Shown here piece by piece: positions 40,461-49,874 of a stretch of 64,000 bases of DNA. The stretch covers positions 5,469,282 through 5,533,281 of the forward strand of contig OZ255842.1 in assembly GCA_965277805.1 (NCBI GenBank), read 5' to 3'. How positions within the stretch are numbered: the first letter of the stretch is position 1; every line of letters starts with the position of its first letter. The notes below the pieces were generated by a model. The model was not told the DNA's origin, did no database searches, and was given only the letters and a program-made list of their open reading frames with translations. Source of the DNA: Candidatus Lustribacter sp. GTDB lineage: Bacteria > Vulcanimicrobiota > Vulcanimicrobiia > Vulcanimicrobiales > Vulcanimicrobiaceae. Made by a program: the position numbers and the translations under genes.

Positions 40461-41608
40461 GCGCGCTGCTGAGCATTGCCGGCGTGACGCCGCGGGCGGA
40501 ACTCGTGCCGGCCGATCGCCCGCAGCTTGCGTCGATGGTGCGCGATCTCTACGCCGCCGGGAAAGCCTTTGCGTTCGTCGGCGGCGGCACCGAACTCGAT
40601 CTCGGCAACGCGCCGCGGGCGCTCGATACGGTCGTGCGCACCACCGCGCTCGATCGCGTGATCGAGTACTCGCCGGAAGATCAGACGATTACGGTCGAAG
40701 CGGGGATGCGCATCGCGGCGCTCGATGTGCTGCTCGCGCAACACGATCAGCTGCTGCCGCTCGACGTTGCGGACCGGCGGAACGCGACCGTCGGCGGCGC
40801 GATCGCCGCCAACGCGTTCGGTGCGCGTCGTCACCGCTACGGTTCGATCAAGGACCTCATCGTCGGCATCGAGATCGTGCGTCCCGACGGCGTCACCGCG
40901 CACGCCGGCGGCAAGGTCGTGAAGAACGTGGCCGGCTTCGATCTCACCAAGCTGATGGTCGGCTCGCTCGGCACGCTCGCCGGCATCGCGAGCGCGACGT
41001 TCCGCGTCTTTCCCAAGCCGCCGCATACGCAGTCGATACTCGTGCACGCGGCGCCGGATAGCCCGCTTTTTGCGGCGCTGATGGACGATAGCGCGCTCGA
41101 GCCCGTGGCGGTCGTGCACTACGCGGCACTGGACGGAATCGTGCTCACGTTCGCCGGTCCGTCAGAAAGCGTCGAGGGACAAATCGCGCATGCGGGCATG
41201 CTTGCCGCGCGTGATGCGACGGCGTGCGAACCGCTCGACGGCGCGGCGCTCGAACGCTGCGCGGCATTCGAGACGGCCGTACGTTGCAGCGGCGAGTGGC
41301 GCTGGACGTCGCGCACGAACGCAGCAGGAGCGCGCAGCGCAGCAGCGTCCCCGGTCGCGCTCGCGCTCGAAGTCGGGTATCCCACGCTCGGCGTGACGTT
41401 CGCGAGCGCCGACGGTGACGCGCCGATGGACGAACTGGTTGCCTCGCGCGGCCAGTCGGTCGTGTTCCGCGCCATGCCGCCGCGTGCGCGCGGCCGCGTC
41501 GACGCTTGGGGCGACCCGCCGCCGTCGTTCCCGCTAATGCGCGCGCTCAAGGACAACTTCGATCCGAAGGGCTTGTGCAATCCGGGCCGCTTCGTGGGCG
41601 GGCTGTGA
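40457..41608 (+). CDS. glcE: Glycolate oxidase FAD-binding subunit GlcE (copy 2)
   Basis: GGKVVKNVAGFDL.KL..GSLGTL, K..FDP....NPGRF. Confidence 0.88.
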   Translation: MSALLSIAGVTPRAELVPADRPQLASMVRDLYAAGKAFAFVGGGTELDLGNAPRALDTVVRTTALDRVIEYSPEDQTITVEAGMRIAALDVLLAQHDQLLPLDVADRRNATVGGAIAANAFGARRHRYGSIKDLIVGIEIVRPDGVTAHAGGKVVKNVAGFDLTKLMVGSLGTLAGIASATFRVFPKPPHTQSILVHAAPDSPLFAALMDDSALEPVAVVHYAALDGIVLTFAGPSESVEGQIAHAGMLAARDATACEPLDGAALERCAAFETAVRCSGEWRWTSRTNAAGARSAAASPVALALEVGYPTLGVTFASADGDAPMDELVASRGQSVVFRAMPPRARGRVDAWGDPPPSFPLMRALKDNFDPKGLCNPGRFVGGL

Positions 41609-42933
41609 TGACGGCCGAAACCGGCGAGTCGCGTACGTATCGCGATTTGATCAGCGACTGCGTGCACTGCGGATTTTGTTTGCCGGCGTGTCCGACGTAC
41701 GCGTCGTGGGGCAACGAGATGGATTCGCCGCGCGGGCGCATCGATCTGATGAAGGGCGTGCACGACGGCGTCATCCCGCTCGATGCCGCGACGATCGGGC
41801 ATTTCGATGCGTGCCTGGGCTGCATGGCGTGCGTCACGGCCTGCCCGTCGGGCGTGCAGTACGACGTGCTGATCGAATCGACGCGGGCGAAAGTCGAAGA
41901 CGTCGCTCAGCGCGGCCCGCTCGATCGCGCGTTTCGCACGCTGATCTTCGGCTTGATGCCCTATCCTGCGCGGCTGCGTTTGCTCGCGCTGCCGCTGGTC
42001 GCATACGCGAAGAGCGGGCTGCAAGCGCTGGTGCGGCGTTCCGGCGTGCTGCGCGGCCTTCCGCCGCGTCTGGCGCAGCTCGATGCGCTGCTGCCGCCGC
42101 TGTCATTTTCAGATCTGCGCCGCGACGTCGCGCCGTTCACCGCGGCCAAAGACGGCCGCGCGCGCGCACGCGTGGGGCTCGTGGCGGGCTGCGTCCAGCG
42201 CGCGTTTTTCCCGAACGTCAACGCTGCCAGCGTGCGCGTGCTCAGTGCGGAAGGCTGCGACGTCAGCGTGCCGGCGGATCAAGGCTGCTGCGGCGCGCTC
42301 TCGCTGCACGCGGGGCGGCTCGCGGAGGCCAAGCGCTTCGCGCGCGCGCTGATCGATCGCTTCGAGGGCGACGCCGCCGAGACGATCGTCATCAACGCGG
42401 CCGGCTGCGGTTCGGCGCTCAAAGAGTACGGCGAGCTGCTGGCGGACGATCCGGCCTACGCGGAACGCGCGCGCGCCTTTTCAGCCAAGGTGCGCGACGT
42501 GAACGAGTTCCTCGTGACGCTCGAACCGCAGGCGCCGCGCGGCCCGATCGCGCAACGCGTCGCTTATCACGATGCGTGTCACCTCGCGCACGCGCAGCGC
42601 GTTCGCGAGGCACCGCGCGCGCTGCTGCGCTCGATCCCGGGGCTCGAACTGGTCGAGATCCCGCAGGGCGACATGTGCTGCGGCAGCGCCGGAACCTACA
42701 ATCTCTTTCAGCCCGCTTCAGCGCACGAAATCGGCGAGCGCAAAGTCGACAACGTCACGAGCGTCGCGCCTGATGTGGTCGCGAGCGCAAACCCCGGCTG
42801 CACGATTCAGATGCAGTCGATCGCACGCGAACGGGGCGTGGCGTTAGCGGCCGCGCACCCGATCGAATTACTCGATGCCGCGATCAGTTCGGCTTGCGAC
42901 GGTGCGCCGATACCCCGATACCCGTTGACGTAA
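41608..42933 (+). CDS. glcF: Glycolate oxidase iron-sulfur subunit GlcF
   Basis: CVHCGFCLPACP, CLGCMACVTACPSGV, two CCG domains. Confidence 0.92.
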   Translation: MTAETGESRTYRDLISDCVHCGFCLPACPTYASWGNEMDSPRGRIDLMKGVHDGVIPLDAATIGHFDACLGCMACVTACPSGVQYDVLIESTRAKVEDVAQRGPLDRAFRTLIFGLMPYPARLRLLALPLVAYAKSGLQALVRRSGVLRGLPPRLAQLDALLPPLSFSDLRRDVAPFTAAKDGRARARVGLVAGCVQRAFFPNVNAASVRVLSAEGCDVSVPADQGCCGALSLHAGRLAEAKRFARALIDRFEGDAAETIVINAAGCGSALKEYGELLADDPAYAERARAFSAKVRDVNEFLVTLEPQAPRGPIAQRVAYHDACHLAHAQRVREAPRALLRSIPGLELVEIPQGDMCCGSAGTYNLFQPASAHEIGERKVDNVTSVAPDVVASANPGCTIQMQSIARERGVALAAAHPIELLDAAISSACDGAPIPRYPLT

Positions 42934-44335
42934 CGTTCACGGGAATCGATAGGCTCGCACCCGATCCGTCGCCTTGACCAACGACCGTGATCGTGCACGC
43001 CACCGCGGGCGGCGGATTTGACGTCGGTGCGGCGACCGCGTTGACGGTGAACGTCAGCGGGCTCGGACCGCTCGCGTTGCTGAGCGTCACGTTGGCCGCA
43101 GTCGCTCCGCCGGGGCAGTTGATGCTGGCGGTGAGCGCCGCCGTGTTGCCGGTACCTGCGGCTTGCGTTACCGTGACTTGCTGCGACGATGGGACCGCGG
43201 TGAAGTTGACCGGCGTCGAGGCCGTCGTGCCGACCACACCGTAGACGTTGAACGTCGTCAACGGTAAGGTGTAGCCGCTCGCGCTGCCGCCGACTTGAAA
43301 CGACCCCGGGCCGCTCAGCGTGCCGGTCAGCGTGCCGCTGAGCAGGCCGTTGTTTATTGTTTGACCGCTTGCCGCGCACGTGATGATGCTGGCCGGGGTA
43401 CACGTGAACGTTGCATCGCCGGTCGCGTTGTTCTGGTTGAACGGCCAGCTGAACGGACGCGGGAACGCCGTTGCGCCGGGGAAGCTCAGCTGCAGTACCA
43501 GCGTGCCGGGTTCGGCGGGCGCCGCGGTGCCGCCGCTGCTCTTGGTGGTTGCTGCCACCACGCCGCCGGCCGCAGCCGCCGCGCCGACCGTCGTAATGAC
43601 GCCGCCGGCCCCCGCGCCCGCCGCGCCCGTACCGGCGCCGGAGAACGACCCCGTCGGGTCAGCACCGGTGCTCGGGTTCGGGTTGAACGGATTCTGGTTG
43701 CCGTTAAATTGGTTGACTGCCGGATTGTTCACCGTCGGGTTGGCGGTGATCGACGTCGTGGCGCTCAGCGGATTGCTGCCCAAGACGGTGAGCGTTTGAT
43801 TGGTGACGATCGAGACGGTTTGCTGGCCGACTTGCACCGAAACGTCGCCGGCGGCGCACGAAACGCACACGACCTGCGTGCCGTTGGCACCGGCGATGAG
43901 GAAGCCTTCGGTACCGCGCACGGCGATCTGCGAGGTGGCCGTGACGAACTTGTAGTTCGATTGACCGCCCTGCGGATGGCGAATGTTGAAGTGCAGCGCG
44001 CCGCCGTTGAGCACGATTGTGTTCTGGTTGCCGGATTCGGCCGGGTTGAATGCACCGACTTGAACTTTGGTGTTCTCGCCGATGTCGATTTCCGATGAGT
44101 CTTTGAGCCGCAGCACGGCCGCGCCGTTGGGCTTCGTGACGGCGAATGCGTCGTCGGGTAGGTCGAGGCGGCCGAAGATCGGTTTGAACGGGCTGGTCAG
44201 TGAGTCTTGGTAGCCCACCACGCCTTTGACTCGCGCCAATTGCTTATCACCGGTGTCGGAAAAGACCCGGTCGCAAACGAGAGAAATACTAGCGAGGAAG
44301 CACAAAGCTCCCGCGGCCAGCCGTCGAACCAGCAT
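42884..44335 (-). CDS. Exported FecR-domain protein with Gly/Ala/Thr-rich linker and beta-rich C-terminal domains
   Basis: L.L.DSS.I.IGENT, F.T....IAVRGT FecR motif; start ATG 44335 approximate. Confidence 0.75.
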   Translation of the reverse strand: MLVRRLAAGALCFLASISLVCDRVFSDTGDKQLARVKGVVGYQDSLTSPFKPIFGRLDLPDDAFAVTKPNGAAVLRLKDSSEIDIGENTKVQVGAFNPAESGNQNTIVLNGGALHFNIRHPQGGQSNYKFVTATSQIAVRGTEGFLIAGANGTQVVCVSCAAGDVSVQVGQQTVSIVTNQTLTVLGSNPLSATTSITANPTVNNPAVNQFNGNQNPFNPNPSTGADPTGSFSGAGTGAAGAGAGGVITTVGAAAAAGGVVAATTKSSGGTAAPAEPGTLVLQLSFPGATAFPRPFSWPFNQNNATGDATFTCTPASIITCAASGQTINNGLLSGTLTGTLSGPGSFQVGGSASGYTLPLTTFNVYGVVGTTASTPVNFTAVPSSQQVTVTQAAGTGNTAALTASINCPGGATAANVTLSNASGPSPLTFTVNAVAAPTSNPPPAVACTITVVGQGDGSGASLSIPVNVTSTGIGVSAHRRKPN

Positions 44336-44372
44336 GGCTAGTGGTTTTGGCAAGCGCCACCATGAACCATTC

Positions 44373-45185
44373 GTGATTGACGACATATTCCTGAGACATT
44401 ATGCAGAGCTTACCGCCGCGTGGCGTGACCTCCGGCCCCGCACGGGGCTCCGGCTGCGCGAGGTGGCCTGCGTCGGCGCGCCGCGGACGCTGTTGCTGGC
44501 CGAACTCGGGGACCCCCGGCTACCCGTGGTCAGCATTTCGGCCGGCGTTCACGGCGACGAGCCGGCCGGCGCGTGGGCGTTGCTCTCGCTCGTGCGCGAC
44601 GGATTGCTCGACCCGCGCTACGGATATCGCTTGTGGCCGTGCTTCAACCCGACGGGCTTCGATCTGCGCACGCGCATAAACGCGGAAGGCCGGGACATCA
44701 ACCGTACGTTCGGGCGCGGCGGCACCTCGCCCGAAGCGAAGGCGATTCTGACCGCCAATCGCGACCGCATCTTCGCGCTCTCAATCGATCTGCACGAAGA
44801 CCACGAGGCAGACGGCTTCTACCTCTACGAAACGGCGCCGCCGGAACGTGCCACCGCGTATGCGCGACCCGTTACTGCGGCGCTCGCCGAGGCGGGGTTC
44901 CCGCTCCAGGATCTCACGCCGGAATTTGAGCTCGGGCCGCCGGGTTCGGAAGTCGCCCATGCGCGCGGGCGCGGCGCGGTAGTCATCGATGCGGTGCGCG
45001 AGGCGCCGTACTTCAAGGGCGCCTTGCCGCTCGGGCTCGTGCTGGTGCGGCGGGCCGCGCCGTGTGCGCTCACCTTCGAGACGCCCGCGGGCCGCGAGCC
45101 GGCCGAGCGCGTCGCCATGCACCGCGTCGCGGTCGTCGAGGCGCTGCGGCGGCTCGGCGGCGAAGGGAGCGAGAATCATGCCTGA
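44373..45185 (+). CDS. M14 family zinc carboxypeptidase (succinylglutamate desuccinylase/MpaA-like)
   Basis: GVHGDEPAG, NP.G, DINR, IDLHE, FETP; start GTG 44373. Confidence 0.85.
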   Translation: MIDDIFLRHYAELTAAWRDLRPRTGLRLREVACVGAPRTLLLAELGDPRLPVVSISAGVHGDEPAGAWALLSLVRDGLLDPRYGYRLWPCFNPTGFDLRTRINAEGRDINRTFGRGGTSPEAKAILTANRDRIFALSIDLHEDHEADGFYLYETAPPERATAYARPVTAALAEAGFPLQDLTPEFELGPPGSEVAHARGRGAVVIDAVREAPYFKGALPLGLVLVRRAAPCALTFETPAGREPAERVAMHRVAVVEALRRLGGEGSENHA

Positions 45186-46836
45186 GCGCGATTCCCTCGA
45201 GGTCGACGTCCTCTTCGTCGGCGGCGGCCCGGCGAGTCTCGCCGGCGCAATTCGCCTCGGCCAACTCGCGAAAGCGGCCGGCCGCGAACTCTCGGTCATG
45301 GTGATCGAGAAGGGCGGCGAGATCGGGAACCACGGTTTCTCCGGCGCCGTCGTCGACCCGAAGTCGCTGCTCGAACTCTTTCCGGGCGAAGACATCACGG
45401 CCGGGCTCGACGCGCCGGTGAGCGGCGATGAGATGTGGTTCCTCACCGCCGGCGGCAAGATCAAAGCGCCGTTCACGCCGCCGGTGCTCAACAACCACGG
45501 CAAGTACGTTGCTTCGCTCAATCGCCTGACGAAGTGGCTCGGCGAGAAAGCGGAAGCGGCGGGCGCCGACGTGTTCCCGGCTTTCCCGGGCCAAGAACTG
45601 TTGTGGGACGGCGAGCGCGTGATCGGCGTGCGCGTCGGCGACAAGGGCGTTGCGGCCGACGGCAGCCACAAACCGAACTACGAACCCGGTCCCGACTTGC
45701 GCGCGAAAGTCGTCGTGCTCGGTGAGGGCCCGCGCGGCACGCTGGCCAAGGTGGCGATCGCGAAACTCGGGCTCGATCGCGACCGCGATCCGCAAGTGTA
45801 CGCGGTCGGCATCAAGGAGTTGTGGCAGGTTCCGGCCGGCCGGCTCGCGCCGGGCCATGTGATCCACACGCTCGGCGCGCCGCTGCCCGGCGATACGTTC
45901 GGCGGCGGCTGGATCTACGGTATGAACGGCGACGTGATCGACATCGGCCTCGTCACCGGTCTCGATTACGCCGATCCGACCACCGATCCGCACAACTTGT
46001 TCCAGCAGATGAAGCTGTTGCCGGCGATCCGTCCGCTGCTCGAGGGCGGAAAGATGATCAAGTATGGCGCGAAGGCGATTCCCGAAGGCGGCTTGCACGC
46101 GATGCCGCGCTTTTACGCCGACGGCTTGTGCTTGATCGGCGACAGCGCCGGCTTTCTCAACGGGCTCCGCCTCAAAGGCATTCATCTCGCGATCAAATCG
46201 GGGATGCTCGCCGCCGAAGCGATCTTCGACGCGCTCGCCTCCGATCGCAGCGATGCCGATGCGCTCGCCGCCTACGAGCAGAAGTTCCGCGCATCGTGGG
46301 CATTCAGCGAACTGCACGCGGCGCGCAACTTCCACGCGGGATTCAAGAGCGGTCTGTTCGGCGGCATGCTCAACGCGGCGCTCGGTACGCTCACCGGCGG
46401 CCGCGGATTCGGCTTGCACGACAAGCTCACCGGACACGAAGGCTACGCGCGCATGCGCAAGCTCGATACGTTCACGCCGGCAGCGCGAGAAAAACGTGTC
46501 ACGCCGGACAACGCGCTGACGTTCGACAAAGTGACCGACGTTTACAACAGCGCCACGATGCACGATGAAAATCAGCCCGCGCATCTGCACGTGGCCGACA
46601 CCACGATCTGCGCCGACCGCTGCACGACGGAGTTCGGCAACCCGTGTCAGTATTTTTGTCCGGCCGCCGTGTACGAGCCGCTGTTCGAGAAAACGCCGGC
46701 GGGCGTCGAAGGCCGGCTGCAGATCAACTTCGCCAACTGCGTGCACTGCAAAACGTGCGACATCATGGATCCGTATCAGATCATCACGTGGGTCCCGCCG
46801 CAAGGCGGCGAAGGCCCCGTCTACACGGGCATGTAG
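45178..46836 (+). CDS. Electron transfer flavoprotein-ubiquinone oxidoreductase
   Basis: VGGGPA, GIKELW, KGIHLAIKSG, HDENQPAHL, CPAAVYE, NCVHCKTCDI. Confidence 0.95.
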   Translation: MPERDSLEVDVLFVGGGPASLAGAIRLGQLAKAAGRELSVMVIEKGGEIGNHGFSGAVVDPKSLLELFPGEDITAGLDAPVSGDEMWFLTAGGKIKAPFTPPVLNNHGKYVASLNRLTKWLGEKAEAAGADVFPAFPGQELLWDGERVIGVRVGDKGVAADGSHKPNYEPGPDLRAKVVVLGEGPRGTLAKVAIAKLGLDRDRDPQVYAVGIKELWQVPAGRLAPGHVIHTLGAPLPGDTFGGGWIYGMNGDVIDIGLVTGLDYADPTTDPHNLFQQMKLLPAIRPLLEGGKMIKYGAKAIPEGGLHAMPRFYADGLCLIGDSAGFLNGLRLKGIHLAIKSGMLAAEAIFDALASDRSDADALAAYEQKFRASWAFSELHAARNFHAGFKSGLFGGMLNAALGTLTGGRGFGLHDKLTGHEGYARMRKLDTFTPAAREKRVTPDNALTFDKVTDVYNSATMHDENQPAHLHVADTTICADRCTTEFGNPCQYFCPAAVYEPLFEKTPAGVEGRLQINFANCVHCKTCDIMDPYQIITWVPPQGGEGPVYTGM

Positions 46837-46840
46837 CATC

Positions 46841-47947
46841 GTGGACGTCATCGTCGTCGGCGCCGGGCTGATCGGTTGCGGCATTGCATACGAACTGGCG
46901 AAGCGCGGCGCGCAAGTCACTGTATACGATCGCGCGGAGCCGGCGCGCGCGGCGTCGTGGGCCGGCGCCGGGATGCTCGCGCCGTTCTCGGAAGAGGTCG
47001 TCGATCCGGCGCTGCTCGCACTGTGTGCGGCGTCGCTGCGCGCGTATCCGGCGTTCGCCGGCGAACTGCGCGATCGGACCGGCGTCGACGCGCAGTTGCG
47101 CCACGAGGGCACGCTGCACGTCGCCTTCGATGATGAAGCGGCGCGCGGTCTCACCGCGCAGTGCGAGGCGTTCGCGCGCAACGGTGCCGTTGCGAGCGTG
47201 CTCGATCGCGACGCAACGCTGGCGCGCGAGCCGATGCTGGGCGGCAACGTGCGCGGTGCCGTGTACGTTGCAAACGAAGCGCACGTGGATAACCGGCGCC
47301 TGGGCCGCGCGCTCGTTGCCGCATGTAACGATGCCGGCGTGCGATTCGAGCGCACGACGGGTGTGGTGCTCGAAGCCGATGCGCGTCGCGTGCGCGGCAT
47401 TCGCACGGAGCACGGTTTCCTCGCGGCCGCGACGGTCGTCAACGCGGCCGGTGCGTGGGCGGGCGGTTTGCCCGGCGTTCCCGAGGCCGCGCGCATCGCG
47501 GTGCGCCCGGTCGCGGGCGAGATGCTCGCGCTGGCCGTGCCCAAGGGCTTCACGCGCGGGCTCGTGTGGTCGAACCACGTCTATCTCGTGCCGCGCGACG
47601 ACGGGCGGTTGCTGATCGGCGCAACCAGCGTCGAGCGCGATTTCGACGTGCGCGTCACGGCGCAGGGCGTGGCCGCGCTGCTGGCCGTTGCGCTGCGCAT
47701 TGCGCCCGTGCTCGGCACCTTTGCGTTGGTCGAGACGTGGGCGGGTTTGCGGCCGGCCTCGCATGACGGCCGGCCGTACCTGGGCCGCACGCACATCGAA
47801 GGCTACGTCGTCGCGGCCGGTCACTACCGCAACGGCATCCTGCTGACGCCGGTTACCGCGCAAGCGGTCGCCGCGCTCATTACGGGCGAACGGCCGTCCG
47901 TCGATCTGTCCGCATTCGACCCGCAACGCGCACCGGAAGCCGCCTGA
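46841..47947 (+). CDS. thiO: Glycine oxidase
   Basis: [32 protein letters not shown]; adjacent to thiS/thiG. Confidence 0.92.
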   Translation: MDVIVVGAGLIGCGIAYELAKRGAQVTVYDRAEPARAASWAGAGMLAPFSEEVVDPALLALCAASLRAYPAFAGELRDRTGVDAQLRHEGTLHVAFDDEAARGLTAQCEAFARNGAVASVLDRDATLAREPMLGGNVRGAVYVANEAHVDNRRLGRALVAACNDAGVRFERTTGVVLEADARRVRGIRTEHGFLAAATVVNAAGAWAGGLPGVPEAARIAVRPVAGEMLALAVPKGFTRGLVWSNHVYLVPRDDGRLLIGATSVERDFDVRVTAQGVAALLAVALRIAPVLGTFALVETWAGLRPASHDGRPYLGRTHIEGYVVAAGHYRNGILLTPVTAQAVAALITGERPSVDLSAFDPQRAPEAA

Positions 47948-47969
47948 GGCTGTCGAACAAATCCGGACG

Positions 47970-48170
47970 ATGCGGCTCACGGTTAACGGCACGGAACAGG
48001 ACGTAGAGGCGGGAGTCACCGTCAGCGCGCTGCTCACGACGCTTGCCTTGCGCCGCGACGGCGTCGCCGTCGCGCTCAATGACGACGTCGTGCCGCGTGC
48101 CGAACATGCTACCCGCACCCTGAATGACGGCGACCGCCTCGAGATCATCGTGGCCGTCGCCGGAGGCTAA
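47970..48170 (+). CDS. thiS: Sulfur carrier protein ThiS
   Basis: 66 aa, C-terminal VAGG. Confidence 0.95.
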   Translation: MRLTVNGTEQDVEAGVTVSALLTTLALRRDGVAVALNDDVVPRAEHATRTLNDGDRLEIIVAVAGG

Positions 48171-48964
48171 TGATGGTTGAAGACGCTCCGCTCCAAATCG
48201 GCAAGTACACGTTTCGCTCGCGGTTGTTTGTCGGCACCGGCAAGTATCCGTCGATCCCGGTCATGCAGGCCGCGCATGCGGCCAGCGGCGCGGAAGTGCT
48301 CACGGTCGCGATCCGCCGCATTCACCTCGACGATCCGACCGGCAAGACGCTGATCGATCATCTCGATCGCACGAAGTACACGCTCTTGCCGAATACCGCC
48401 GGCTGCTTCACCGCGAAGGACGCGGTGCTGACCGCGAAGCTCGCGCGCGAAGCGCTCGGCACCGACCTGATCAAAGTCGAAGTCATCGGCGACGCCGACA
48501 CGCTGTATCCCGATACCACCGAGACGATCGCCGCGTGCGAAGAACTCGTGCGTTTGGGCTTCACGGTGCTGCCGTACATCGTCGACGATCCGGTCGCATG
48601 CAAGCGGCTCGAAGAGGTCGGCTGCGCGGCGGTAATGCCGCTGGCGGCGCCGATCGGCAGCGGCCTCGGGCTGTGCAATCCGTACTCGATCGCGATCATC
48701 AAAGAACGCGCGAAAGTTCCGGTCATCGTCGATGCCGGCGTCGGAACCGCGAGCGATGCGGCGATCGCGATGGAACTCGGCGTCGACGGCTTGCTGATGA
48801 ATACCGGCATTGCCGCGGCCGCCGATCCGGAACGCATGGCGCTCGCGATGCGCGATGCGGTCAACGCCGGGCGCAACGCGTTTCTCGCCGGACGCATGGC
48901 GAAGCGGCTCTACGCCAGCGCGTCGAGCCCGGTCACCGATCTCATTGCCACTCGCCCCGCATAA
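48170..48964 (+). CDS. thiG: Thiazole synthase
   Basis: [38 protein letters not shown]. Confidence 0.97.
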   Translation: MMVEDAPLQIGKYTFRSRLFVGTGKYPSIPVMQAAHAASGAEVLTVAIRRIHLDDPTGKTLIDHLDRTKYTLLPNTAGCFTAKDAVLTAKLAREALGTDLIKVEVIGDADTLYPDTTETIAACEELVRLGFTVLPYIVDDPVACKRLEEVGCAAVMPLAAPIGSGLGLCNPYSIAIIKERAKVPVIVDAGVGTASDAAIAMELGVDGLLMNTGIAAAADPERMALAMRDAVNAGRNAFLAGRMAKRLYASASSPVTDLIATRPA

Positions 48965-48981
48965 CCGCGGTTAGGATACCT

Positions 48982-49299
48982 GTGAACGAAATCAGCGTTG
49001 CCGAATTGGCCAAGAAGCACAAAGCCGGCGAGGACTTCATGTTACTCGACGTGCGCGAACCCGACGAACTCCAAGTCGCATCGATCGGATGGGCGACCGC
49101 GATCCCGATGGGCGACGTTCCGGTGCGCATCGCCGAGCTGCCCAAGGACAAACCGATTGCCGTGCTGTGCCACGGCGGCACGCGCAGCGGGAAAGTCACG
49201 AAGTTTCTCAACGAGAACGGCTACCCCAATGCCGTAAACGTCGCCGGCGGCATCCGCGCCTGGAGCAACGAGATCGACCCCTCCGTCCCGCAGTACTAG
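48982..49299 (+). CDS. Single-domain rhodanese
   Basis: LLDVREP.E, CHGGTRS active-site loop, NVAGGI.AW...IDP. Confidence 0.9.
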   Translation: MNEISVAELAKKHKAGEDFMLLDVREPDELQVASIGWATAIPMGDVPVRIAELPKDKPIAVLCHGGTRSGKVTKFLNENGYPNAVNVAGGIRAWSNEIDPSVPQY

Positions 49300-49874
49300 T
49301 CGCGCGTAGCGACGACGAACCAGTGTAGGATTCGCTCGGGCGAATCCTCATCTTCGGGGTGGGCCCAAGTACCCACGATGTTGCTTGCGTCCACTTCTTC
49401 GAGTGATTCGATCGTGTAGCCGCGCAGCAGCTCGACGATCGTGTCGCGATCGAAGTAGGCATGCGGAATTCCCATCTCGGGTCCGTCGCCCGGCGCGAAC
49501 GTCCACTCGTCGAGCGCTTCGCCGAAACCGAAGCGGTCGTCGTGGATCGAGCCGAGCGTGATGTAGATCGGCGCGCCCGGGCGCAGCACCCGCCGCAGCT
49601 CGGCGAGCCCGGCGCGAACCTTCGCCGTCGCGCCGTGCAGGTAGCCGTGTGAGGAAAAGCCGGCAGCGTAGGAATCGCGTTCGCCCGGCAATTGCGTGTA
49701 GGGGTCGTCGTCGCCGGTGGCCACGATCGGAATGCCCGCAGCCTCGAACGCTTGCGTGCTACGGCCGATACCGGCCGCCACTTCGAGCACCGGACCGCTC
49801 AAGCCCGAGGCATGGTAGCGCTCGATCAGACGCTCCGCAAGCGGATGGGGCCCTTGCGTGGAAGGGGCGGACAT
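49296..49874 (-). CDS. Class I SAM-dependent methyltransferase-like protein
   Basis: VLEVAAGIGR motif I, ELRRVLRPG. Confidence 0.75.
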   Translation of the reverse strand: MSAPSTQGPHPLAERLIERYHASGLSGPVLEVAAGIGRSTQAFEAAGIPIVATGDDDPYTQLPGERDSYAAGFSSHGYLHGATAKVRAGLAELRRVLRPGAPIYITLGSIHDDRFGFGEALDEWTFAPGDGPEMGIPHAYFDRDTIVELLRGYTIESLEEVDASNIVGTWAHPEDEDSPERILHWFVVATRD

